A DNA stretch of 56,264 bases, the filler included, from Platydemus manokwari (lineage: Eukaryota), in assembly GCA_037951405.1 (NCBI GenBank). It is 5 parts of 5 records of this genome, joined end to end, with 100 filler letters (N's around TTAATTAATTAA, not from the genome) between each part and the next. Parts side by side here need not be neighbours in the genome. Positions count along the whole stretch, not along the records: positions 23,742 to 32,948 come from JBBMOY011283095.1; positions 33,049 to 43,760 come from JBBMOY011110997.1; 3 more parts are not named here. One strand, written 5' to 3'. Below, piece by piece: positions 24,232 through 35,230 of the stretch. Made by a program: the position numbers and the translations under genes. The notes under the pieces are model-generated. The model was not told the origin of the DNA. It did not search any database and worked only from the letters and a program-made list of their open reading frames with translations. Position 1 is the first letter of the stretch; each line of letters starts with the position of its first letter.

Positions 24232-25224
24232 CATAGTGATGAGAATAATAACAGGAAATAATAATTATAAGATTTATTACCATTTTCATCAAAATTTTAT
24301 ATCAGAATATGTAAAAAAAATTTCATTTTGTACTTTATCTGATGGTTCAGGTTTCAGTAGTTTTGATTAAAAAAATATTCCATTTTTTACGTTATTTAAA
24401 ATTTACAGATTACAGGTCATTAGTGTGATATAATGTTCGAAAATGTCGTGTTCAGATTAATTTAGGAAATATATTATCGTGATACAAACAAGAGATTAAT
24501 TAATTTATGATAAAAACATAATGCAGTGGTGGGTTTGAAAATTTGAAAATCAAATTTCACCGAACCTAATTAATGTTGGTCATATGAATATCGTATTTCA
24601 TTTCACATGAGCTTTGTTATTGACATGTACTGTTGATGATTTATATATTGAACAGGTTTATCGCATTTATAATCACATCACTCGACATGACTAGCAGTGT
24701 TTATGCTATTCTATCAATTAAAAGAACTTGGCTAATGGTTTTTCTCATTTTTTTTAAAATATTGTGTAACATATATTCTGTGATAGAAATATTCTCTACA
24801 TTAAGAATTGCAAACTTGCAGTGTTAGAATTTTGAAATTCATGAATTTTAATTCTATTGCATTACGAATATTAAAATATGATTATAACTGCATAGCGATA
24901 ACTAGTTATATTTTACTTGATTGTTTTTTATTTATAATTCTTACAATTCACAAACATACAATTGTTCTCATTATCATTGGTGAATATCGATTGTGAGAAA
25001 TAGACTTCCAAATCAATCTATAATTCATGAATCTATTTCGTTTATCCACAAACTAATTTTACCCAAATAAATTAATCATATTTCATTTTCAGAGCGATAT
25101 CCAATTATTGATTTCTTCAAATAGAAGCAATGTTCTGTGTTTTTTTGCTGAAACACAATCACCTATTTATGAAGAAAATTACAGAAACGTTTTCATTTTT
25201 CTATCTCATTTAAAAATAAAATAA
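7826..25224 (+). CDS. ARL15: ADP-ribosylation factor-like protein 15, 6 exons, about 203-205 aa
   Basis: Exons 7826-7879, 7971-8112, 8319-8378, 10343-(10550 or 10556), 10608-10623, 25093-25224. Translation MGQNVSLCC...YKRLCC...IGVSNVGKS...PTIGFNLKAV...ILNVKELGGSDDVRKFWPRYF...LPLLII. The RLCC motif and the NVKELGG form of G3 are ARL15 hallmarks. The first four exons are secure. The exon-4 donor and the last exon (SDIQLLISSNRSNVLCFFAETQSPIYEENYRNVFIFLSHLKIK*) are inferred across two assembly gaps. Confidence 0.85.
11040..12881. mobile_element. Degenerate, less AT-rich transposon-like sequence in the ARL15 intron; family not assignable
   Basis: Stop-interrupted coding-like frames on +, e.g. EQRKKRNTETVSA (gag-like) near 11195 and GLYSYSKHVIRKCRIR (integrase zinc-finger-like) near 11543. 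No intact catalytic motif. Confidence 0.3.
12882..12981. other. Artificial assembly gap linker N44-TTAATTAATTAA-N44
   Basis: Identical 100-nt structure occurs four times; the 12-mer puts stop codons in all six frames. Confidence 0.98.
16780..17400 (+). pseudogene. Polinton/Maverick packaging ATPase (A32/FtsK-HerA-like), decayed
   Basis: From 17058: KKNLKIFDDCVAEKNQEIIPVYYKRGRHGKCNSIYLTQRWYE*PRKKIRMNSNFIILFK. This contains Walker B (IFDD), RGRH, IYLTQ and IRxNSNFIILFK. One in-frame stop; the Walker A region upstream is degraded. Confidence 0.85.
17400..17765 (+). pseudogene. Decayed ORF of unknown function downstream of the ATPase, probably part of the same Polinton
   Basis: ORF 17523..17708 continues in frame past a TGA (..KILKFIE*KTEAELIVINLEI*). 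Same strand and composition as the ATPase remnant. Confidence 0.4.
17770..21675 (-). mobile_element. Ty3/Gypsy LTR retrotransposon, decayed (gag-PR-RT-RNaseH-IN)
   Basis: CCHC knuckle CFCCSELEHRKFEC (20856-20815). Protease ML*DSGSSITVI (about 20465-20435). RT HWNSPSVVVPKKDGTIRMCLYFRKL, VPFGL and YLDD (19775-19764). RNase H APILAFLDP..AIGGVLSQ and TDHKVL..YRKGSDNGNVDGLSR. Integrase IVDRFSK..HQANGLAE..IRTVRD. Purine tract GGGAGAGGGAAG near 17922-17911. Domain order is Ty3/Gypsy; many stops and frameshifts. Confidence 0.93.
21676..23641 (-). mobile_element. Polinton/Maverick (adintovirus-like) protein-primed family B DNA polymerase, decayed, with internal deletions
   Basis: HYALIKNFNRL (about 23635-23603); KNYQIPIPF; VRYHDH; motif A LLYISANNLYECAMSKALP (about 22686-22630); motif B WKLMN../GKTIENIRK (about 22186-22133); SIYLGFCILELNKLLMYEFY; motif C eroded to YIGIDS (21889-21872); C-terminal EFDFSDYNKDHPLY...KVTGKFRDELNG. 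Runs into the gap at 23642. Confidence 0.9.
23642..23741. other. Artificial assembly gap linker
   Basis: N44-TTAATTAATTAA-N44. Confidence 0.98.
23742..24057. repeat. 60-bp tandem repeat (minisatellite): 4 full and 2 partial copies, truncated by the gap
   Basis: Unit GCAGATATATTCACTAGGGCTGGATCGCACGTTTGCCACTTGCTTTACAGACGGTCTAAA at 23771-23830, 23831-23889 (1-nt deletion), 23890-23949 and 23950-24009. Diverged partial copies at 23742-23770 and 24010-24057. No spacers. Confidence 0.95.
24010..24182 (-). mobile_element. 3' fragment of an RTE-type non-LTR retrotransposon ORF (5'-truncated)
   Basis: IDHETWENLAVDRYSWSAAIRKGMLS*ENSQRTKMEEQRKRRKAR matches the WExLAxDRxxWRxxxxxG...E..R..RRK tail that precedes the C-terminal zinc finger of RTE-clade ORFs. 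Confidence 0.7.
24188..24231. repeat. (AAT)n microsatellite, about 14 units
   Basis: Direct reading: ATAATAATAATA... Confidence 0.97.
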
Positions 25225-27777
25225 AATTTCAAATAACTGAGAAGACGCGTGGGGATTAATTGCTCTGTTGTTTTGGATATTGTAATATTTACAGGATAAC
25301 TCGATTTGTCAGTCTTGAGAGCATAAATTTGACCTTGATTAACTTTTTATCGCAGTGAGACTTACCGTTGGGGAACTGTTATCATAAGCAATCAAACAAT
25401 CAGATTGATGTGACAATTATAGAGCTATATTTCATATTCGACAATAAAAGATTCTGTCTCAATTATTTAATAATATAATCTCCATGGATACATTGTTTTC
25501 TTATTGATAGACCTAGTATGACATGCGACTTCTAATTCCTCACATTATTTCAAACTAGCGGGTATTTCATTTAAATTTGATATCATATTCGTTACAAGAA
25601 CTTGCGGCTATATTTAATTTTCAATCGCAATGGAATAATAACTAATAATTACTAAAAAATAAATATTAATATAATTATATGATTATTAATATTGTTATTA
25701 TTATTTATGACATAAATAGAATTCATCATTAACATTAGTACTTAGGGTGTATTAATAGAAAATATTCTACAATGATAATCCAATCAATATTTCTAATTTT
25801 ATCGTCAAGTTAATCATAATCTTCACCACCGGTTAGCATATATATCCGCTGGTTATCCAAAAGTCAATTAAAATGATAACAAATAAAGTATTTCTATTAA
25901 TTGGTTCATATATTCAGCTCAACTATTTCTCTAATAGAGATCAGAATCATCAACCCTAATTCATAATTATATTTTTTTAAATTGTGAAGGATGCAATAAC
26001 ATAGGATATCTAATCTAGTTTCGATTAACAGAAATGTCTATCACTGAATCAACCGCTGTTATGCCACAGATTTTAAAATTTATTTTGCAATTATTTATTG
26101 ATTATTTTACGTTGTAATGAAAATGTTATAATTTAAAAACCGAAACTCGTTTATGAAGACTAGCATAAATCATTAATCGATTATTAACATTATTAGCTCA
26201 AAATCATTATCAACATTGGTTATCATCCGTGATTATTATATAAACTGACCTTTGGTCAGATTGAATAGAGATTATTGAGTCATCATATATGTTATTTCCA
26301 AAATGTATTTCATTTAGTCTATAAATCAACAATTCACAGTCGAATCAATCAATTTGTTTAATAACGAATTTCTGACATCAATATTTAATTGAATCATATC
26401 ACACTATTCGTGTATGAAAAAATTCAATAATAAAGATAAGCTAAACACGTTTCCAGCTGAATCTTGATTATAATAAACACAAGAGCCAGCCCATAAAAAT
26501 GGATTTTAAAATAAAACAAAACTATTATAAACTGATTTGTTGCGAAAAAATCTATTAATATGATCCTTTATAATTGTATCTCACTCTCATCATTTCAATA
26601 GAGCAAGTAAATAAATGCTTTTTCATTGTATTAATCCTTGTATATTATCTATGAAAATAAACTACTACAATAACCTTTACCATAGACTTAATTACAGATT
26701 TACGATATGATTTGAAACAACTATCAACAAACTTAATAGCATCATTAGAATTTATTTTGTAGCAACATATAAACACTGGCTCACTGCAGTTTCATTTGAT
26801 CAAGTCATAACAAGATCCACTAGCTTTGTAATTATAACAGTTGTTAAAATCTGTTCTATCAGCAATCAAATGATTAAAGCCAACAAATACTATCAACAAC
26901 CAGACAAATTCATATACTATTTATTGTTTTCCAAGATAAAGCTAACAAAGCAACACTACATATCAATGCAGCGTGGTGATACCACAGAAAAAAAATAGTT
27001 CATATATTACATTCAAGGTACTGACCATAGAAAATTCCGCACCAGGGGATAGGAGCAGTTTAGTTGCACTATAAATTCACGATAAGGCAGCCAATGTATA
27101 TGTTTAATTTCTCAACTTTCAATAACATATTGCCAAAAAATGAAGCGTACAAAGTTAAAACAAAAAAAACAGACTATCAGAACCACATCATAATAGTAGT
27201 AATATGTGAAAACAATAAAAACATATTATATAATCCTGATAACGTTCACATCAACAAAAAGCACAAAATAACACTGAAGAATAGAGAAATGTATTATACA
27301 ATAAGTCATTATTATTCCCATCACATGATATTCAATAAATCACCTTTATAAAGCACCACAATAACAAAAAGACAATTGATGAATTGACATGATTATAATC
27401 ACAGATACTGACAATTATCAAATCACAAGGCACAAAGATTCCTCACAAATATCGTCATGATGAATCCAAAGCAACGAAATAAGTAACAATAATAATAATG
27501 ATAATAAAACCCCAGAAAAAACCAAAAGCTTCAAAAAAATTATCATAGAAATCGATAAATGAATATAATATATGTGAAATATTTACAGAATTCAAAAAAT
27601 ACCTCGCCGAATTCCAAAAAATAAAATTCAGCAAAGGCTTAATTAGTTCAATTAGGACGATCTAAATTCACAGAAATGCAGCTCTAGTAACAAAAAGAAA
27701 TGCTCTCATCGTGCCATTGCACAGCGATGTTTGGTCGAGTCTATAGGGTGTTTAAAATATGTCGATATTGTCAATGA

Positions 27778-30700
27778 TTATTTGACAAGTTGAATATTTG
27801 CCACTCGAGATATAATAATATCTTCAATTTGTTTGGAACTATGACGAATCGAGCCATCTTTAATCATATTTGTTGAATTCATCACCGAACCCAAATGACC
27901 GATAGCACTACCACCACCACCACATATTTTCTTGTTGGATTTACTAAAGCTGAGTATTAGTTCTTCAAAATTCCGATCATCATTTTCTTCTCCCAATAAT
28001 ATCGATTGTCCTGAAATTTATGAGTACATCACCAATATTCTCATCAATAATATAATAACAAATGCATTATGCCTGTGCTAGCAAAAACTTGCCTACATGA
28101 AAAATGAAACAACAGAAACAACGAACAGATTGCACGATTTATCGACATAATATGAAAGACAAATATTTAATGTGGTATAATGATGTTGTAGGTAGACTCT
28201 TAACTCCAATGGTTATTAGTACTTATAATATAGATTGCAAGGCCACAACACTGTTTGGCGTTATCACATGAAATTCTCAAGTGATGACATGAATCGAATA
28301 TATGATACGATATGAAATATCATTTCTAAAATGACATTCTGTAATCAATAAGCTTTAAATGAAAATATAGACATGGAATTCGTAAATTTGTCAATATATC
28401 GATCTGATAACGTAATGACTGTCGAAAAAATTTTATCAGGAAAATTGAAAATCAATTAAAAATATCTCATAAACCATAATACGAGTTGTGATAAAATGAC
28501 AAATGTAAATAAATTGTCGATTTTGTTGTTTTCATAGACAACGGTAGAAACAATAGTAACCCATATACATGGCATAATAAATCTGTATTATTGAATGAAT
28601 GTGTGTGTCTTGTGTACGGGCATGTAACAACACCCGCAGTATATACATAGATATATTTGTATATGATGGTGTGTCATCATTGATTAGTGACTAGATCGAA
28701 GATTGTGAACTTATAACACGCGTGAGATATCTCTTATGAAACACGACAGTGATTGATAACAAATAAAAATGAAAATCAAATTGTTCATATAGCCAATAAG
28801 GAAATGTGAATGAGATATTAGACGTTCCCGGATAATTTAATGATTTGTGAAAAATTTATATATTAACTATTCAAAAGGTTTTTTAATGTTTTTTATAAAA
28901 AATATTGCTAATGGTCAAATCTTGAAATGGTTGTTAAATAAGGGGCCATTCCATGAACACTTTAAATACGATATCGATGCACATCAAGTCTGAAATGAGT
29001 GTCAAATATAGATTGTGCCAAAATGTCATTTCATGCCAACCCATATAATATCGATATATTCCATTAGCGCTGATTAATCGATTAATGCCACTTAATGCTA
29101 TAATATATAATATATCGATATTCACACCATAATATTTTCATCAATCATATTTATCAATCAACATGTGACAAAGCCTTACGCGGTATTACGTCAATGTCAG
29201 GCGCCCGATTAATAAGCTTATTATTAGGTTTATCACGAACATGTTGGCTGTTCATTAAAATTCGATCAGAATTGTTGACAACATTTCGTGAAGGTCCATA
29301 ACCCATCTAAATAAATAGAAACATCATCAATAATGATCAATTATCGATTTATATATCCCTACATAGTAAAGTGCAGAACTAGATATCAAACTGGATTGTG
29401 GTAAATTCATTGTTCTATAAGATGATGGCATGCTGCCACCGACGAGAATAAGGGCGAAACAAATCATAAACAACATCAATCCAGTTGATGTGGTGTTACC
29501 AGTGCCAGAGATTTTATTTATCATTTGATAATGACGAATCTGATTTTGGAGTGTTCTTTGTTGATTTTCCAGAGTTTCAATGCGACGCTTATTCTCAACA
29601 CGTTCCAATTCGAGAGCTTCAACTCTGTACCAGTTCCATCATATTAAGATATATTCTGTTGTAAATAATCACAAAATCACTTTTTTTCCAAAGCATCTAC
29701 ATATTCTTTCTTTTTACGGCGACTCTCTTGTGCACTGAGTTTATTTTTGATTTTTCTGCGAACCTTTTTCAAGTTCCTTTCTTCTTGTTTTGTTAGAGGA
29801 ACTCTTGTTGGAATGGGATAATTCTCTTGAAGAAGAGTTCTTTTCTCTTCATCGGTAAGGTATAGAGGTCCTGATTGAGGGATCTATTGACATGTTAATG
29901 ATAAATATATTTTTCATTTCAAATCAAATAGATATATAATTCAAAGACGAAAAAGTCGTTATTATATATTTCAGAGGTGGCCAACTTTTGTGTACGTAAG
30001 ATCGACTTTTCATTTGAATAACATCTCACGCCATCGACTAAAATTGGCTTCAAGATCAACTGGTTGGCCACCTTTATATATATAATGTGAATATATAATT
30101 ATTTTTTAAAGTTTTTCTATTGATTAGATATAAGACAACCAAGTGGAAATAAATTTTTAGACATACAAGCAGACACATAAATGCCAAATCAGATTTCTCA
30201 ACGAATAACTGTTTGTCATCATTAGAAAATTGATTTTCCTAATTGATATCATTATCGTGATTTGAGATGATTTTTTTTGAGGATGGGCCAAACCAATTTA
30301 AGTTGAGATTTTGAACAGCAACCATAGACAAATTTTAATAAGATTATGAATATGCAATTATTTACTTTCAACCAATCCAATATTACACAATTTCTATTGT
30401 GTAATCGAATTTATATTATAATAGCAGCAATGTTATATAATAATAATTCGTGATACATGAACATTTAACGAGTAATTATTATAGACCATTATAGTTGTAT
30501 GCATATCAAAGTAATAAACATCCATGAATTGTGTGCTTGTACAATTGCAATGTTAATGCTATCAATTAATTTGATAGACATTATAATGTACAAATAGGAA
30601 ATGACGAAAAAAAGGAAATCAAATCTTGATATCTATTATTAAAATCAGGGAACACAATAAGTGCACTTTTCATGCGGTCTATAAACGATATTATGATCAA

Positions 30701-32451
30701 AAAATAAATACAAAAAAATCAACTATTCATGCACAAATTATGTCTAGTCAGAAATAATTCTTGATTTCTATCAAGATCATGCATAAAACTGCACCAGCGT
30801 AGTAATTCCATAATTCAACCACTTTAAATACGCACAACGATTCACAGGCACACAATGTTTGAGAACCATTTGACTTCCTCTGACATAACTGAGAAAGATT
30901 TCTCGATAAAAATGTGAGATACATACACACACCCAGGCAGCCATTATGAAACCACAAATTATTTTCATTGAAGCAAACGTACGTCATGCTGAATAATCAG
31001 TAAAATCTAAAGATCAATCGCTGATTGGTTAATTAGACGGGCAGAAAATCGTAGAGTAACAATGTTGATCTCCCACGAATGAAGCGTAGGTGTAGTATAA
31101 CAAACAAGCACGATAACATGTTATTGGCACCAAATATCGATCTGACACCAATTTTTTGAAATGCCATTTAATTAAGAGAATTCTTACCAAACATATGAAC
31201 ATTGATGTAATGCAACGGTTAATAATCGATAATAAAGTTCGATATAATTACACAAAAGGTTAATAATCGATAAACCAGATGTACACACGCCAATCTGACA
31301 CAACTCAAGCAGTTAATTTTTTTTAATTGATATTTCGATTTGCATTTTAATAACAAGCTATTTAATTTGCTGGGTCATCCCAAATAATCGCAGCCATGTT
31401 TGAAAATTGAGGAAATTTATCGAATAAAAATTATAAATAATTCTTACCGGGGTTTGAAAGAGTGTCCCTGGGGTTGTGGCATGTTGGGAATTGGAGCTAC
31501 TGAATACATTGTGATGATTGATATACGATCCGACTCGAGGTTTATAGTCAGAATAAAGATCGACCTCATGGTCGTAATAGTCGCCCGTGAGCAACTCACA
31601 ATCTTGATCTGGAATTGGGCTGTACGAGTTTTGATTTGACGTGATGAAATTTGAATTTCTGGATGAATTTGTATCGAAAAGTTTCTCTTGGGAATATTTC
31701 GAGATGTTCACACTTTTAATACTTCCGGAAACAATGTAAGGTGTTGTGGATGCAGGACGAACTTTGACAATTTGTCGTTGATTTGATGAATTGTTAATAA
31801 TGATTGGTTCCCTAGCTTCAAACTTAGAATCTCTGGACAGTTTGTAAATCGTTCTCGGATGTTGTGAGAGGTTTTCTTTTTTGATAATTTCAACTTTTGG
31901 AGCTTTCGATGGGTGGTCTGTTGGTTCTTCGTATAATGCAAATGATTTTTCACTTGAAGAATCAATGGTCTGAAAATCTCTTTTCCTAACTTTTCGTGTA
32001 ATAGGACTGTTGTGGTGGCTACTATTTGGACTACAATCATCTGTTAAATAGGAACTTGATACGGAGTTGGTATGTGTTGGTTCTAACTTAATGGGATTTT
32101 TAGATGTCGAATCAAAAAGATCATTATATTCTAAAGATTAACTTAACAAAATTATTCCAGAATTAAGCATACCCAATAAATTATAATCAAAATCTAAAAG
32201 CTTATCCTTGCTTTTATCATGAAGGTCAAATGAACTACCTGGTAGATCATCATAAATGAGTGTGTCCAAATATATATCATTTGAAGTCAAAGATAAATCA
32301 TCATTATTCCAAAGAAGTTTATCAGAAAGTAGTGTATCCTAAAAAAATAATTAGATATGTTTGTACTAAATTTAATTCTAACATTATGTATGTCATTTGG
32401 TTCATTATCAAACATCGAATCAATTTCATTATTTAAGTAGTTGCAAGACAT
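27778..32451 (-). CDS. CREB3-like (OASIS/BBF2H7, CREB3L1/L2 type) membrane-tethered bZIP transcription factor, 7 exons, about 580 aa
   Basis: Exons 32451-32383, 32338-32173, 32130-31448, 29883-29681, 29624-29363, 29306-29180 and 28010-27778 are all GT-AG and phase-consistent. Acidic N-terminus; [64 protein letters not shown] is the ATB plus basic region; then a zipper and TM segment [17 protein letters not shown]. The C-terminal end is less certain. Confidence 0.92.
29972..30076. mobile_element. hAT-like MITE (about 105 bp) in CREB3L intron 3
   Basis: Terminal inverted repeats CAGAGGTGGCCAAC ... GTTGGCCACCTTTA (12 of 14 match), internal (G/C)ATCGACT motifs, inserted in an (AT)n-like tract. 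Target-site duplication imperfect. Confidence 0.7.
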
Positions 32452-32948
32452 CAGGATAAAATGTGAGTGTCTCCTGGCAATTTAAATTAAGATATTATTC
32501 AATATGAAAAGTTGATGTATTTTAACAAAACAATTTAATTAATAATAATTTATTTTTGTGTAAATTTTCAAGTTTTAAAATTTAATTTTAAATTAGTATT
32601 TAATTTAATAATATTTAATTTTCATTATAAATTAATTATCAATATTAATAAATTTCTTTAGCATTGCATTATAATTTTTTAAATAAAAATCAACTATCTC
32701 AAAGGTGTTACCACAATTTAAAATTTAGGCACAGAAAATTCATTAAATAATTTTTAAACAGGAACAAATGATTATAATAAAAAATACTTAAGGACAATTA
32801 ATACAAACTTCCAAATAGCAAAATTAAAATTGGCTTAAAATTATGAATACATAACTATTATAAACCAAAAATTAGGGAAATGAACAAAATAGATATAATA
32901 AACCAAGATAAATAAAAAAAATAATATAATTGCTCTTCTTAGTAACTT

Positions 32949-33048
32949 NNNNNNNNNNNNNNNNNNNNNNNNNNNNNNNNNNNNNNNNNNNNTTAATTAA
33001 TTAANNNNNNNNNNNNNNNNNNNNNNNNNNNNNNNNNNNNNNNNNNNN
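32949..33048. other. Artificial assembly gap linker
   Basis: N44-TTAATTAATTAA-N44. Confidence 0.98.
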
Positions 33049-33319
33049 GAGAAGCTATTTTAGATCATCAAAAATTATCTGAAATTTTATCCAAGAATTT
33101 CAAGATAATACGGACTTAATTTAATATTTAATGAGTCAAAAAATATTTAATTTTTGATAATTTTATAAATTCACCGAAAATATCATCTAATAAAATTGAG
33201 TTTTCATAATATTATAGGTACAAACAAATGAATACAAAGTATCACCCAAATTAGAACACATAAAAAATCAAGAAAACACCAGCATCATTTAGAAAGAAAA
33301 CGGTTTTAAAATTAATTGA

Positions 33320-33480
33320 ATAGATAAAAGTAATTAGAAACCGAATTTAATGGTAATTTTTTTGATGATATATGACAAAGAAGCGATTTTTTACAAAAAT
33401 TGAATTTGAAGCTAATACACGAAGTTATCAGTTATTTATAACATATTAGTTCACATAGTAATTATTTTCTAAAATCTATT
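33320..33480 (+). mobile_element. Possible second decayed Polinton packaging ATPase fragment
   Basis: KPNLMVIF/FDD (Walker B-like, frameshifted), followed by SVIY and SHSNYF remnants at roughly the expected spacing. Confidence 0.3.
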
Positions 33481-34524
33481 TGTAAAATAAATGCATTAGG
33501 CGCAGCTGTGTTCTGCACAATTTAGCTATTCATCATGTACGAAGCGATCGGCATGTACTAAATGTTTGTACAATTATTAAAAAAATAGAATGATATAGAT
33601 TCCTTAATTAATATGTTTAACCAACAATAATGACATTAGTATTTTTCAAATTCCTTGCTGATAATTCAGTCCAGCAAACCTTGGACAAATATTAAACAAG
33701 ATCAACCACTTGAAATTTGATCAAACCATATGAATCCAACATTATTAATTTTAATCTTAAACTTTAATTAATTTAACAAATCAAAGAAATTTAATATTTT
33801 ATAATGGAAAATATTTAAAATTTTGTGAAGAAATAAAAATCACGAAAAGATCAAATCATATAAAATACATAAATTTCCAAAAAATCTTTAAATTATGCGA
33901 TTATTGAAGCGTGGATGTTGAATACAGAAATTTGTTTAATTATTTATTATTAATAATTAATTATCATTTTAATTTCATTAATAATAATTATAATTTACAT
34001 ATCACTCGATTGTTCATTAACTCATTTCAATTACACATTATCAATATTAATTAAATAGATATGAGCAATCATTTCTGAAACTAATTGGTCTGCTTTGACT
34101 CAATTGATTGGTTAAAAAGTAATTAAACTATCAATTCAGATTATTATATATGCCGACAAAAATTTTAAAAAATATTGACGTAAATCAAGATCAGTGATAG
34201 CAAATCATGTTTGATGAAACTAACATTAATTGCATTGATTTTGTAACTCAATTTTCATTAAAATTTCAAAATTTATTCCTATATTCAAAATTTAAACCAG
34301 TTTCAGAATTATTGATTTTCTAACGCCATTTATAGTGTCAGTGAATTATGAATGTGTTCAAAGCATCAACAAATGAGTGAAATTGTGTATTATAAATAAA
34401 TTATTAAACAATAACCAATATTATTAGCAATACTTAAACAAAACCTCATCTATATTATCAAGTTACAAATATTACAACATACCAATTTGTAAATCAGTTC
34501 CAACGTTAGCAATCTTTTAATTAA

Positions 34525-35230
34525 TTAAAGACCTGCGTTCTCTTTGAAAATTTCAAATAAATAATCAAATACTTCTCTGAATTGATCCGATTTTGTCCCT
34601 CTAAAGAAAAATTCACCGTGCGATTGGTCAACTTCCTTTATTCCACCCAAATAATCCAATTTTGCCAATCTCGACGACATCATTTTAGCATCATCGTTTA
34701 ATGGATCTTTTGAAGCTGTAATGAAATAAATCGGTCACGATTGAAGATTGACGTTATCCAAATGTGGTAAGGGAGAAAACAAAGGATCCAACATCAATTC
34801 TGATAATCAATTGACGAATTTATTTGGTGTAAATGTACTTTAAATGTTCCTTTTGGAAGATGGTCGCAATCTCTGAAATAAACTGATGTTAATTTATCGT
34901 CATTAAGTTTTTTACTTTTCTGTTAAATATTGTTTCCAATCAACATCACTTTCTTAACAACATTAGCCTTGTAATATACTATATTAGAGCACAGACTATC
35001 AAAGACACATTTGAATCAAGTGATGCCCAAATAAAATTACGACAATAAATGATGTAAAATTATGGGCTTAATTTCTCTTTGCAATAATCATTATATACAA
35101 TCTTTGTAATTATTCTTAATATCTTGATCACGACTCCAATAATATTCATTGTATTTCATATTTCTATTTATCTCTAAATAACAATTTATAGAAATAATAT
35201 GGCAATAATCAACACATGAAGGCCATTTTA
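34525..35230 (-). pseudogene. Unprocessed pseudogene paralogue of the AADAC/NCEH1-like gene, internally deleted
   Basis: Last exon: PNKFVN*LSELMLDPLFSPLPHLDNVNLQS*PIYFITASKDPLNDDAKMMSSRLAKLDYLGGIKEVDQSHGEFFF...FREVFDYLFEIFKENAGL*, with two TGA stops and a frameshift. The last intron is retained and preceded by DVDWKQYLTE. Exon-2 remnant LS*FYLGIT*FKCVFDSLCSNI matches FSKLYLGITSYHRGLENSFSDI of the intact gene. Confidence 0.88.

Noticed and set aside
24101-24370. ORFs with poly-Asn, poly-Ile or poly-Tyr
   Set aside because: Translations of the (AAT)n microsatellite.
27650-27742. Additional CREB3L terminal exon after CCCTATAG
   Set aside because: No strong donor before the in-frame TAA at 27780-27778; may be 3' UTR.
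31218-31273. Short direct repeat GGTTAATAATCGATAA x2 (and small tandem duplications near 3101-3135 and 55749-55783)
   Set aside because: Ordinary slippage-type duplications in AT-rich DNA with no further structure.
31708-32040. 110-aa minus-strand ORF
   Set aside because: Alternative frame overlapping CREB3L exon 3; the spliced phase uses a different frame.
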